From: Microcystis aeruginosa NIES-843
Lineage (GTDB): Bacteria > Cyanobacteriota > Cyanobacteriia > Cyanobacteriales > Microcystaceae
DNA: 32,000 bases
Direction: 5' to 3'
Assembly: GCF_000010625.1 (NCBI RefSeq)
Contig: NC_010296.1
Coordinates: forward strand, 2,520,001-2,552,000
The translations under genes were made by a program, and so were the position numbers. Positions 1-8,503 of the stretch are shown here, piece by piece; the first letter of the stretch is position 1; each line of letters begins with the position of its first letter. A model generated the notes under the pieces. It made no database searches, was not told where the DNA came from, and saw only the letters and a list, made by a program, of their open reading frames with translations.

Positions 1-1329
1 GCTCCCCCTACTCCTTCTCTTATACCCCTTGGACCGGCACAAAGTTGGTTAGTCAACTATTTTGAACCTCCCTATCAATGGTTGGGTTATACTCGTTTTC
101 TCTATCATCAGTCTTTGAATCTTGATATTTTCAATCAAGCCGCTAATCTTTTGGTGCAACGTCATGAAGCTTTTCGGACGGTTTGCCTACAAAATCAAGG
201 TAAATGGCAGCAATACTTGATCAATGATCCTCAACCTATCCTAGCAGAGTATTGGGATGGAAGCCACTTAACAGAAGCAGAACGTAATGCTAAAATCAAA
301 GCTCAAATGTCAGATTTAGCTAAAACAATCCAGATTGACCGTTGGCCACTCACTGCCACTCTTGTTGTTAAAGTTAGTCCCTATTGCTACGATATTACGA
401 TGGTCGCTCACCACATCATTGCCGATATGTTAAGTGCAACCATCTTGTTTAAGGAACTTTGGAGTGCCTATCATCAATTATTGGTAGGAAGTGATCCGAC
501 TTTTCCTAACCCTAATCCTCAGTCTTACTTAGATTTTGTGCAAGTCTTGAGGGATGAGGAGAAAAAAGGAACAATGAACGAACACTTGAATTATTGGAAG
601 GAACAATTTCCCGATGCAGAGAGTCGCTTTGAAGTCCCCGTCGATCATGTCAAAGGCCCAAATATTGAAGCTTCTGCCGAAAGTGCGCGATTTGTCCTAA
701 GTAAAGCGCAAACTAAACAGTTATTAAGCCAAGGCAAGGCTTATTATCAGTCTAACTTTTATCCTATTCTCCTTGCTCCTTTATACCGTTTATTAGGTGA
801 TTGGAGTCAACGCAAACAGGTGGTTATCAGTCATCGTAGTCATGGGCGAGATTTAGGCGAAGGTCAGTCTTTTATGGAAAGTATGGGCAATTATGCTGTA
901 AATTTTCCCATAGGCATTAATTTATCCACTTCTACGACTTGGCAAAAAACTATCAGTACCATCAATGAGCAGTTTGAAAGCTTACCAATGAATGGCGTAA
1001 CTTATGATTGGATAGGTGAGTCTTTACCTGAATATCTCTATCCTGATAGTAATTTAACCCCAGTAAGGGCTAATTATCTGGGAAATCGTTCGGTTCCTCT
1101 CTCTGACTTGTTTGAGTTTGTTTATGGCGAGCGCGATTGTCGTTTATCGCCACTGGATCAAAAACGTACCACATTGATTGAATTCTTTTTCCTAATCATA
1201 GATGGTCAGTTAGAGATAAGAATTGAATATTCTCGTAATTTCCATCTTCCTACGACCATTCAAAAAATCGGACAAGATTATCTCATTCTTCTTGAGGAAT
1301 TAGAGCCTATTGGCGTTGCTGATTCGTAA
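1..1329 (+). CDS. NRPS-type condensation (C) domain; 3' end of a gene that begins upstream of the window
   Basis: Frame 1 is open from nt 1 (APPTPSLIPLGPAQSWLVNYFEPPYQW...), so the TTG at 82 in the ORF track is not the true start. It has a C1-like PLGPAQxW motif and a C3 motif MVAHHIIADM (HHxxxD). Stop at 1327-1329. Confidence 0.75.
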   Translation, partial: APPTPSLIPLGPAQSWLVNYFEPPYQWLGYTRFLYHQSLNLDIFNQAANLLVQRHEAFRTVCLQNQGKWQQYLINDPQPILAEYWDGSHLTEAERNAKIKAQMSDLAKTIQIDRWPLTATLVVKVSPYCYDITMVAHHIIADMLSATILFKELWSAYHQLLVGSDPTFPNPNPQSYLDFVQVLRDEEKKGTMNEHLNYWKEQFPDAESRFEVPVDHVKGPNIEASAESARFVLSKAQTKQLLSQGKAYYQSNFYPILLAPLYRLLGDWSQRKQVVISHRSHGRDLGEGQSFMESMGNYAVNFPIGINLSTSTTWQKTISTINEQFESLPMNGVTYDWIGESLPEYLYPDSNLTPVRANYLGNRSVPLSDLFEFVYGERDCRLSPLDQKRTTLIEFFFLIIDGQLEIRIEYSRNFHLPTTIQKIGQDYLILLEELEPIGVADS

Positions 1330-1387
1330 CCGTTCAGGGGGGGGTGTCAAGCAGCCCGTGGCATTGACTCATATTAAATCCGTTTGA

Positions 1388-1501
1388 TTAAGTCAGGAGA
1401 ATATTTTGGCAAAAGTACTACCTCGAAAATGTCTTGACTATCGTACTCCGAATGAGGTATTCCCCAAAGGTAGATCAGACAGGGATGCAATTCAGGCTTG
1501 A
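1388..1501 (+). pseudogene. Short remnant resembling the C-terminal tail of an IS30-family transposase
   Basis: 1406-1498 translates to LAKVLPRKCLDYRTPNEVFPKGRSDRDAIQA*. From memory, a PRKxLxYxTPxEVF tail is typical of IS30 transposases. Only about 35 codons are open (in-frame stop at 1385-1387) and there is no catalytic region. Confidence 0.35.
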
Positions 1502-1539
1502 ATTGGCGTTACCAAGAGCGTGATGGACTACTCTAGTTA

Positions 1540-1744
1540 GGGGTTGCTAAAAAAGTTTTTCCTGGGGGGGGGTGTGGGGTGTAGGGTGCAGGGTTTTACC
1601 CATTTTCAGGGGGTCAATTACCTCATTTTCAGGGAAAAAGTCCCTAAATTTCCCCCCCGATCACTCCAATGGCCGGTACTTTTTGATTTCAAAAAAGCCT
1701 AAAAATATTATCCAACAAGGTTTTTAGATTTATTCAGCAAGCCC
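1540..1744 (+). mobile_element. MITE-like element, copy L (205 bp), flanked by a perfect 6-bp direct repeat TAGTTA
   Basis: Termini are GGGGTTGCT (1540-1548) and AGCAAGCCC (1736-1744), 8/9 as inverted repeats. TAGTTA occurs at 1534-1539 and 1745-1750. It contains a G-rich GGTGTGG-type tract (1564-1594). An inverted copy, about 90% identical by eye, lies at 18879-19233. Confidence 0.8.
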
Positions 1745-1939
1745 TAGTTACCAGATTTTTTCTCCCCCCGAACGCTTACTAAAAATCATCCATTTGTGAG
1801 AGTAGATCATCCATTGTATAAACGTGGAACTCTGCCTAAACTGAAGCTAAAGGGAATCAAACAATTCTTTGTTCATTCTTTAAGAACTATTCGTTGTCTC
1901 TACAGACTGCTATATTATTGATTGGAGAACACACCTACA

Positions 1940-4900
1940 ATGTCTGCTCAATCCTCAACCTCTAGCCTAACTGCTTTACAAAAAACACCGATCGCTATTA
2001 TTGGAATGTCGGCCTTATTTGCTAAAGCCAAGAATTTACAGGAATATTGGCAAAATATTCTCGGTAAAGTGAATGGAATCACTGAAGTGCCAGAAAGTGC
2101 CTGGAATTTAGAAGATTACTATGATCCAGACCCGAAAGCACCAGATAAGACCTATGGTAAATGGGGGGGCTTTTTGCCTAAAATTGATTTTGACCCCTTA
2201 GAATTTGGTCTGCCACCTGATACGTTAGAAGCTTTAGATTCGGCTCATTTACTTGGTTTAGTGATGGCTAAACAAGCTTTAGAAGATGCGGGTTATAACC
2301 AAGGAAAAGAGTTTAATCGAGAAACAACAGGGGTTATTTTAGGAGGAAGCGGACTCTGGAAAAGCATTACTCCCTTAACCAGTCGTCTGCAATATCCTCT
2401 CTGGAAGAAAATTTGCCAAAAAAGTGGTTTATCTCAAGAACAAACCGACAAAATTATCGAAAATATGAAGGCGGCCTATGTGCCTTGGCAAGAAAATTCT
2501 TTCCCCGGTATGTTACCAAACGTCGTAGCAGGTCGTATTACTAATCGCTTTGATTTAGGAGGAACTAATTGTGTGGTGGATGCAGCCTGTGCGAGTTCCT
2601 TAAGTGCTTTAAAAATGGCGATCAGTGAATTAATTGAAGGCCGTTGTGACATGATGCTTACAGGGGGCTTTGACACGGATAATTCCATCCTTAATTATAT
2701 GTGTTTTAGCAAAACTCCAGCTTTTTCTAAGAAAGATTGTCTCAATCCCTTTGATGCTACCTCCGATGGCATGATGGTAGGGGAAGGATTGGGAATGCTG
2801 GTGATTAAACGGCTTGAGGATGCAGAACGAGACGGAGATCGCATCTATGCAGTAATTAAAGGCATCGGGACTGCTAGTGATGGTCGTTTTAAAAGTATCT
2901 ATGCACCGCGTCCTGAAGGTCAAGTTAGAGCCTTACGGCGTGCCTATCAAGAGGCGGGATTTTCTCCCGCTACCTTGGGGTTAGTTGAGGCCCATGGTAC
3001 TGGAACACCAGCAGGAGATTTTTGTGAATTTACAGCCCTGAATGAGGTTTTTAGCGAAAATAACGCAGAAAAGCAAACGATTGCTCTGGGTAGTGTCAAA
3101 TCTCAAATTGGTCATACCAAGGCGGCGGCGGGTGCTGCAAGTTTAATTAAAACGACTTTGGCCTTACATCATAAAATTCTTCCTGCTACCATTAACATTA
3201 CCGAACCCAACCCTAAATTTAAGATTGAAGACTCGCCTTTTTATCTCAATACTGAAACCCGTCCTTGGTTGTCCAAAGGAGAGACACCGAGACGAGCCGG
3301 GGTTAGTTCCTTTGGTTTTGGGGGAACTGATTATCATGTGGTGTTAGAAGAATATACGCCCAAATTACCCCAAGGAGAAAATCGAATTCATCACCGTCCC
3401 CAATCAATTTTACTCTGGGGTCAAAATCCTGAAGAATTAAGACAAACTTGTCAAAAAGCTCTAGAACAGTTGCAATCTCCCCAAGGGTCACAAGTTTATA
3501 TTGAACTACAAAATCAAAGCAAATCGGCTCAACTTCCCTTAAAGGTTGCTAGAGTGGGCTTTGTTGCGACTTCCTTGGCGGAAGCTATTAAATTACTGCA
3601 AGCAGCCGTTAAACAGTTGCAAAAACAGCCTCAAGCAGAGGCATGGGAACATCCCCAAGGTATTTATTACCGTAAGACGGGGTTATTACTGGAGGGAAAA
3701 GTCGTAGCATTGTTCCCCGGCCAAGGTTCTCAATACCTGAATATGGGTCGAGAAATTGCCCTAAATTTGCCAGAAATCCAAACCGCTTATCAAAAATTGG
3801 ACATATTGAGAGCTAAAGCGGGTTTAACGCCCCTTTCAGCAGGAGTATTTCCGATTCCTACCTTTAACGAGGTGGACGAAAAACGGCAAACCTCTTTACT
3901 GCAACGGACGGAAAATGCTCAACCTGCGATCGGGGCTTTCAGTGTAGGACTGTATAAAACGTTGCAAAAGACGGGATTTAAGCCAAATTTTGTGGCCGGT
4001 CACAGTTTTGGGGAATTAACCGCACTCTGGTCCGCGGGCGTTTTCACAGACGACGATTATTATTACTTGATCCAAGCTAGAGGCCAGGCCATGGCCGCAC
4101 CGAAAGGAGCCACCCCTCAAGGGGCGATGTTAGCGGTGACGGGGAAAGTATCTCAGATAGCGCAATGGGTTGAAGGAATGGCCAATGTGCAGATTGCTAA
4201 CTATAATGCACCTGAACAGGTGGTATTATCGGGATTAGCCTCAGAAATTGCCACTATTGAGAAGATTTTAAGCTCTCAAGGCTATCAGGTTACGCCTTTA
4301 CCCGTGTCTGCTGCTTTTCATACTTCTCTAGTACGTCATGCTAGTCAACCCTTTGGGAAAGCGTTGGATCAAGTGACGTTTCATGCGCCCCAACTTCCGG
4401 TTTATGCTAATGTGACGGCGGCCCCTTATCCCAAAGATTTATCAGGGATGCGTCAGCTTTTAGAAGCTCAGTTGTTGAATTCGGTTCAGTTTGTCCAACA
4501 AATTGAAAATATTTATGCTCAAGGCGGATATTGCTTTGTGGAAATTGGACCGCGCCAAATTCTCACTAACTTAGTTAAACAGATATTAGGCGATCGCCCT
4601 CATCTGGCCATTGCGCTCAACCCCAGTCGGCAAAAGGACAGTGATATTCAACTGTCACAAGGAGTAATGCAGCTTCGAGTTTTAGGTTTACCGTTAAACG
4701 ATCTGGAAAATGCAGCTTTGACGGTGAAGACTTCCTCAAGCAAACGCAAAGGTATGACCCTTAAGCTGAATGCAACCAACTACATCAGCGATAAAACCAA
4801 AGCTTTGATCGGAGCTGCATTACAACCTGATTCACCTGCGGAAATAGAACCGTCAGTTGATTCCCAAACGGTTGAATCTAAGTGTGAGGAAGTGAAAGGG

Positions 4901-5761
4901 TCGGAAAACGAGGAAATTTTAGCCTCTATTCCTTCCGTCAACCCTTATCCTTCTGATTCTCAGCCTCTTTCAGAGGAAATTCCAACACTCAATTTATCTA
5001 TTGTTTCTCAAGATCAAACTGTAACCATGACTATGAACAACGCTATTTCTAACAACATCAACCCTATTTTACAAGCATTCTACCAATATCAACAGAGTCT
5101 TGCCAAGGTTCACGAAGAGTACATTAAACATCAATCCCAGAGTTTTCAATCAGTGTTGCAGTTATTCAAACAAAAAGAGATGACAGTAGTTGCTCAAATT
5201 GACGAACTCTCTACTCCTGCTGCTTCTTCGGAGAATTCAAAATTTGATCGGCCAAATTCAGAGGTTTCCTCTGTTAGTTTTCCTGATCCTACCCCTTTTA
5301 AGTCTGAACCTCAGCCCTTACGAACTCTAGAACCTCAACCTTTAAACATTGCACCTCAACCCTTACCGACTCCCGAACCTGAACCCGTTCACATTTCCCC
5401 CATTGTCAACTATTTAGAACCTCGTCAACCCATTGCACCCATCTCTACACCTGAACCTGTGTCAGGAGTGAGCGAACCTTCTTTAGACTCCATTCAAGAT
5501 GATGCACTGAGTCAAGCCTTATTAGAGGTTGTCAGTGAAAAAACAGGCTATCCTACGGAAATGTTGGCATTAGAAATGGATTTAGAGGCAGATTTAGGCA
5601 TTGACTCGATCAAACGGGTAGAAATCATGGGAAGTCTGCAAGAAGCTTTCTCTGGGTTGCCCAAACTTAGCCCTGAAGCGTTAGCAGAAAAACGTACCCT
5701 AGCCCACATTGTTCAGTACTTGAGGGAGAAAATGATGGTGACAGAAAAAAAAATAGCTTAG
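1940..5761 (+). CDS. PfaA/HglE-like megasynthase subunit: KS - AT - Pro-rich linker - single ACP
   Basis: KS motifs: VVDAACASSL (Cys codon 2588-2590), VEAHGTGT, SQIGHTKAAAG. AT motifs: FPGQGSQY, GHSFGE (Ser codon 4004-4006), AAFHT. There is one carrier motif, DLGIDSIKRVE (Ser codon 5606-5608). The ATG at 1940, with GGAG about 13 nt upstream, is preferred over the TTG at 1922 used by the track. Confidence 0.9.
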   Translation: MSAQSSTSSLTALQKTPIAIIGMSALFAKAKNLQEYWQNILGKVNGITEVPESAWNLEDYYDPDPKAPDKTYGKWGGFLPKIDFDPLEFGLPPDTLEALDSAHLLGLVMAKQALEDAGYNQGKEFNRETTGVILGGSGLWKSITPLTSRLQYPLWKKICQKSGLSQEQTDKIIENMKAAYVPWQENSFPGMLPNVVAGRITNRFDLGGTNCVVDAACASSLSALKMAISELIEGRCDMMLTGGFDTDNSILNYMCFSKTPAFSKKDCLNPFDATSDGMMVGEGLGMLVIKRLEDAERDGDRIYAVIKGIGTASDGRFKSIYAPRPEGQVRALRRAYQEAGFSPATLGLVEAHGTGTPAGDFCEFTALNEVFSENNAEKQTIALGSVKSQIGHTKAAAGAASLIKTTLALHHKILPATINITEPNPKFKIEDSPFYLNTETRPWLSKGETPRRAGVSSFGFGGTDYHVVLEEYTPKLPQGENRIHHRPQSILLWGQNPEELRQTCQKALEQLQSPQGSQVYIELQNQSKSAQLPLKVARVGFVATSLAEAIKLLQAAVKQLQKQPQAEAWEHPQGIYYRKTGLLLEGKVVALFPGQGSQYLNMGREIALNLPEIQTAYQKLDILRAKAGLTPLSAGVFPIPTFNEVDEKRQTSLLQRTENAQPAIGAFSVGLYKTLQKTGFKPNFVAGHSFGELTALWSAGVFTDDDYYYLIQARGQAMAAPKGATPQGAMLAVTGKVSQIAQWVEGMANVQIANYNAPEQVVLSGLASEIATIEKILSSQGYQVTPLPVSAAFHTSLVRHASQPFGKALDQVTFHAPQLPVYANVTAAPYPKDLSGMRQLLEAQLLNSVQFVQQIENIYAQGGYCFVEIGPRQILTNLVKQILGDRPHLAIALNPSRQKDSDIQLSQGVMQLRVLGLPLNDLENAALTVKTSSSKRKGMTLKLNATNYISDKTKALIGAALQPDSPAEIEPSVDSQTVESKCEEVKGSENEEILASIPSVNPYPSDSQPLSEEIPTLNLSIVSQDQTVTMTMNNAISNNINPILQAFYQYQQSLAKVHEEYIKHQSQSFQSVLQLFKQKEMTVVAQIDELSTPAASSENSKFDRPNSEVSSVSFPDPTPFKSEPQPLRTLEPQPLNIAPQPLPTPEPEPVHISPIVNYLEPRQPIAPISTPEPVSGVSEPSLDSIQDDALSQALLEVVSEKTGYPTEMLALEMDLEADLGIDSIKRVEIMGSLQEAFSGLPKLSPEALAEKRTLAHIVQYLREKMMVTEKKIA

Positions 5762-5817
5762 TTGTTACCTCTACCCAGTCTAACCATCGAAAACACGGTG
5801 ATATTGGACGTTATCAA

Positions 5818-6537
5818 ATGAAACTGAAGCCCCTTGCTGCACCAGATTATTGGGATTTTCCCTCAACCCCTGATCAAACCTGTTTGGTGACCGATGATGG
5901 TTCATCTACTACTGCCCAAGTTGCTCAAAGTTTGCTAAACCAAGGCTGGCAAGTTGTGGTTCTCAGTTTCCCTCAATTCCTTATTCCTGCTTGTTCTTCT
6001 CTTCCTGCGGGGGTTCGACATTTTGTTCTCAATCATTTAAGTGAAGAACATTTACAATCACAATTGGGAGATATATTTAAAACTTGTGGACTGATCGGCA
6101 CATTTATTCATTTACATCCTCTCCTTCAGGGGTTTAATCAAGATCAAGAGACTTCAATTAATTCTGATCAAGCGATTGTTAAACAAGTGTTTTTACTAGC
6201 CAAACATCTTAAATCTTCTCTGACGCAAGCGGCCAGTCAAGGACGCAGTTGTTTTCTCAGCTTAACCCGTTTAGATGGAGAATTTGGTCTCAGTGGAAAA
6301 CGAGAATTTAGCCCTATTAGTGGCGGTTTATTTGGCTTAACGAAAACCTTAAATCTAGAGTGGGAATCGGTCTTCTGTCGCGCTCTAGATATTAGTCCCG
6401 ACTTAGATGAAATGACAACGGCTCAAATTGTTTTAGCTGAATTGCATGATCCTAATAGCTTAATTCAAGAGGTGGGTTATACCCCAAAAGGTCGAATGAC
6501 TTTGACTTGTGAATTAGCTTCTTTGAGCAGTAATTAG
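5818..6537 (+). CDS. Pseudo-KR (structural Rossmann-like subdomain with a degenerate NADPH loop) as a separate ORF
   Basis: LVTDDGSSTTAQVAQSLLNQGWQVVVL replaces a TGGxGxxG loop. IGTFIHLHP, FLSLTRLDGEFG and GGLFGLTKTLNLEW follow SDR strand order but lack the S/Y/K/N catalytic residues. Its position, between the ACP and the catalytic KR, matches the pseudo-KR of PfaA-type proteins (recollection, not a search). Its frame is open upstream to 5677. Confidence 0.55.
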   Translation: MKLKPLAAPDYWDFPSTPDQTCLVTDDGSSTTAQVAQSLLNQGWQVVVLSFPQFLIPACSSLPAGVRHFVLNHLSEEHLQSQLGDIFKTCGLIGTFIHLHPLLQGFNQDQETSINSDQAIVKQVFLLAKHLKSSLTQAASQGRSCFLSLTRLDGEFGLSGKREFSPISGGLFGLTKTLNLEWESVFCRALDISPDLDEMTTAQIVLAELHDPNSLIQEVGYTPKGRMTLTCELASLSSN

Positions 6538-6650
6538 GGAAAAGTTAATAGTTAGAATAAAATTAGCTGGGCGCGAGCATTGCGCCCCTACAGAATTATA
6601 TTTATTCAAATAAATTACGGTATAAATTCTGATTTTTAGCTAATCTATAC

Positions 6651-6685
6651 TAACTATTAACTATCAACTATCAACTATCAACTAA
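6651..6685. repeat. Heptamer tandem array (YAACTAT)x5
   Basis: TAACTAT TAACTAT CAACTAT CAACTAT CAACTAA, read directly, in the spacer between the pseudo-KR and KR-DH ORFs. Confidence 0.9.
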
Positions 6686-6691
6686 CACGGT

Positions 6692-8458
6692 ATGTTACCC
6701 ATGATTAATGATACTCAACTTAATTCATCTTCGGTGGTTATTGTCAGTGGTGGTGGCCGAGGAATTACGGCTCAATGCGTTATCTATTTGGCGCAACAAT
6801 ATCATTGTAAATTTATTTTATTAGGTCGTTCGCAAATTTTATATCCTGAACCTGAATGGAGTCTTTCTTGTCAAGATGAGTCTCAGTTAAAAAAGCAAAT
6901 TATGCAACATTTAACAACTCAAAATGAAAAACCAACTCCGAAAAAAGTTCAAGCACTGTATCAACAACTCTGTCAAAGTCGTGAAATTAAGCAAACCTTA
7001 TCAGAGATTGAAAAAGTAGGAGGAAAAGCCGAGTATTGCAGTGTTAATGTTACCGATTCACAGCAACTAAAAGCAACTTTAAGACCGATTATTCAACGTT
7101 GGGGAGAGATTACGGGCATTATTCATGGTGCGGGAACGTTAGCAGATAAATTAATTGAAAACAAAACTGAACAGGATTTCGATAAGGTTTATAGTGTCAA
7201 AATTGATGGGTTAAATAGTTTATTAGGTTCCCTAGAAGTTAACCGATTAAAATTTATTGCCTTATTTTCTTCTTTTGTTTCATTTTATGGCAATATCGGT
7301 CAATCTGACTATTCTTTAGCTAACGAAATTTTGAACAAATATGCTTATTTACTTCAACAAAAATATCCTAAATGTCATGTTGTTTCTATTGGGTGGGGTC
7401 CTTGGGATGGGGGAATGGTGACACCACAGCTTAAACAGTTGTTTGAGCAGCAAAATATTAAGGTTATTCCTCAACAAACAGGGGCGCAAATGTTAGCGGA
7501 AGAATTAACCCAAACTCAAGCTAAAACCCCTCAGATTATTGTCATGAGCAACCCTATTTCTCCTTCTCCTAAACTGGTTACACCGCAAAAGCATAGTTAC
7601 CGTTTATATCGTCGGTTGACGTTACGAGGAAACCCTTTCGTTTATGATCATGTCATTGGGGGAAATGCAGTTTTACCTGCGATGTGTGCGTTAGCATGGA
7701 TCACTAATAGTTGCGAACAACTTTATCAAGGATATCGTTTTTTAAGTTGTCATAACTATCAGGTGCTTAAAGGAGTTGTCTTTGATAAAAGTTTAGCTAA
7801 TTTGTATTGTTTGGATCTGACTGAAGTTGAGAAAACAGAAGATGAAATTAAATTTGAAGCCTTAATTTGGAGTGAAACCGCTAAAGGAATTCCCCTTTAT
7901 CATTATCGGGCGATTATTAATATTACTAAACAAGTAATAGCTGAGAGAAAACTTGAGGAAAGTATTCAGCCTGTCACGGAATCTTTCCTTAATTTACAAC
8001 CCTATCAAGCAGGAGTTCTTTTTCATCAGCCCAGATTTCAAGGAATTAAGAAAATCTTAGAAATTAATAACAACGAACTTCTTTTTAACTGTTACTTACC
8101 TAAAATTTCTACACAAGATCAAGGACAGTTTAGCGTTCAATCCTTTAATTCTTATACGGCTGATCTCTTGTTTCAATGTCTTTTAGTTTGGGTCAGAAAA
8201 CACTACAATTCGGGTAGTTTACCCCTAAAACTAAATGAGCTTGAGCAGTTTAGTTCCCTCCCTTTTAATCAAGAATTTTGGATAAAATTATCCATTAATG
8301 AACATAGTGATACTAAGGTAATTGCTAATGCACTTGCTTATCATTCTCAAGGGAAAATTTATTTAGAAGCAACTAATATGGAGGTTACTTTGAGTTCTTG
8401 TCTTAATGTTTTGTTTCTTAACAATACGGTGAATTCATCGAATACTGTTTGCTTGTAA
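6692..8458 (+). CDS. Catalytic ketoreductase + PKS-type dehydratase di-domain protein
   Basis: KR: VVIVSGGGRGITAQC (NADPH loop), IIHGAGT, FSSFVSFYGNIGQSDYSLANEILN (S...Y...N). DH: YDHVIGGNAVLPAM (HxxxGxxxxP, His codon 7649-7651) and a downstream ADLLFQ (DxxxQ). Confidence 0.8.
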   Translation: MLPMINDTQLNSSSVVIVSGGGRGITAQCVIYLAQQYHCKFILLGRSQILYPEPEWSLSCQDESQLKKQIMQHLTTQNEKPTPKKVQALYQQLCQSREIKQTLSEIEKVGGKAEYCSVNVTDSQQLKATLRPIIQRWGEITGIIHGAGTLADKLIENKTEQDFDKVYSVKIDGLNSLLGSLEVNRLKFIALFSSFVSFYGNIGQSDYSLANEILNKYAYLLQQKYPKCHVVSIGWGPWDGGMVTPQLKQLFEQQNIKVIPQQTGAQMLAEELTQTQAKTPQIIVMSNPISPSPKLVTPQKHSYRLYRRLTLRGNPFVYDHVIGGNAVLPAMCALAWITNSCEQLYQGYRFLSCHNYQVLKGVVFDKSLANLYCLDLTEVEKTEDEIKFEALIWSETAKGIPLYHYRAIINITKQVIAERKLEESIQPVTESFLNLQPYQAGVLFHQPRFQGIKKILEINNNELLFNCYLPKISTQDQGQFSVQSFNSYTADLLFQCLLVWVRKHYNSGSLPLKLNELEQFSSLPFNQEFWIKLSINEHSDTKVIANALAYHSQGKIYLEATNMEVTLSSCLNVLFLNNTVNSSNTVCL

Positions 8459-8503
8459 TTTTTTCTCAATTGATACCCTATTTACATTTTCACAGGAGAT
8501 ATT

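Noticed and set aside
2476-3491. Antisense ORFs 2476-2688, 2630-2923 and 3303-3491 inside the KS-AT-ACP gene.
   Set aside because: These are shadow ORFs opposite a strongly supported coding frame, with no motifs or RBS.
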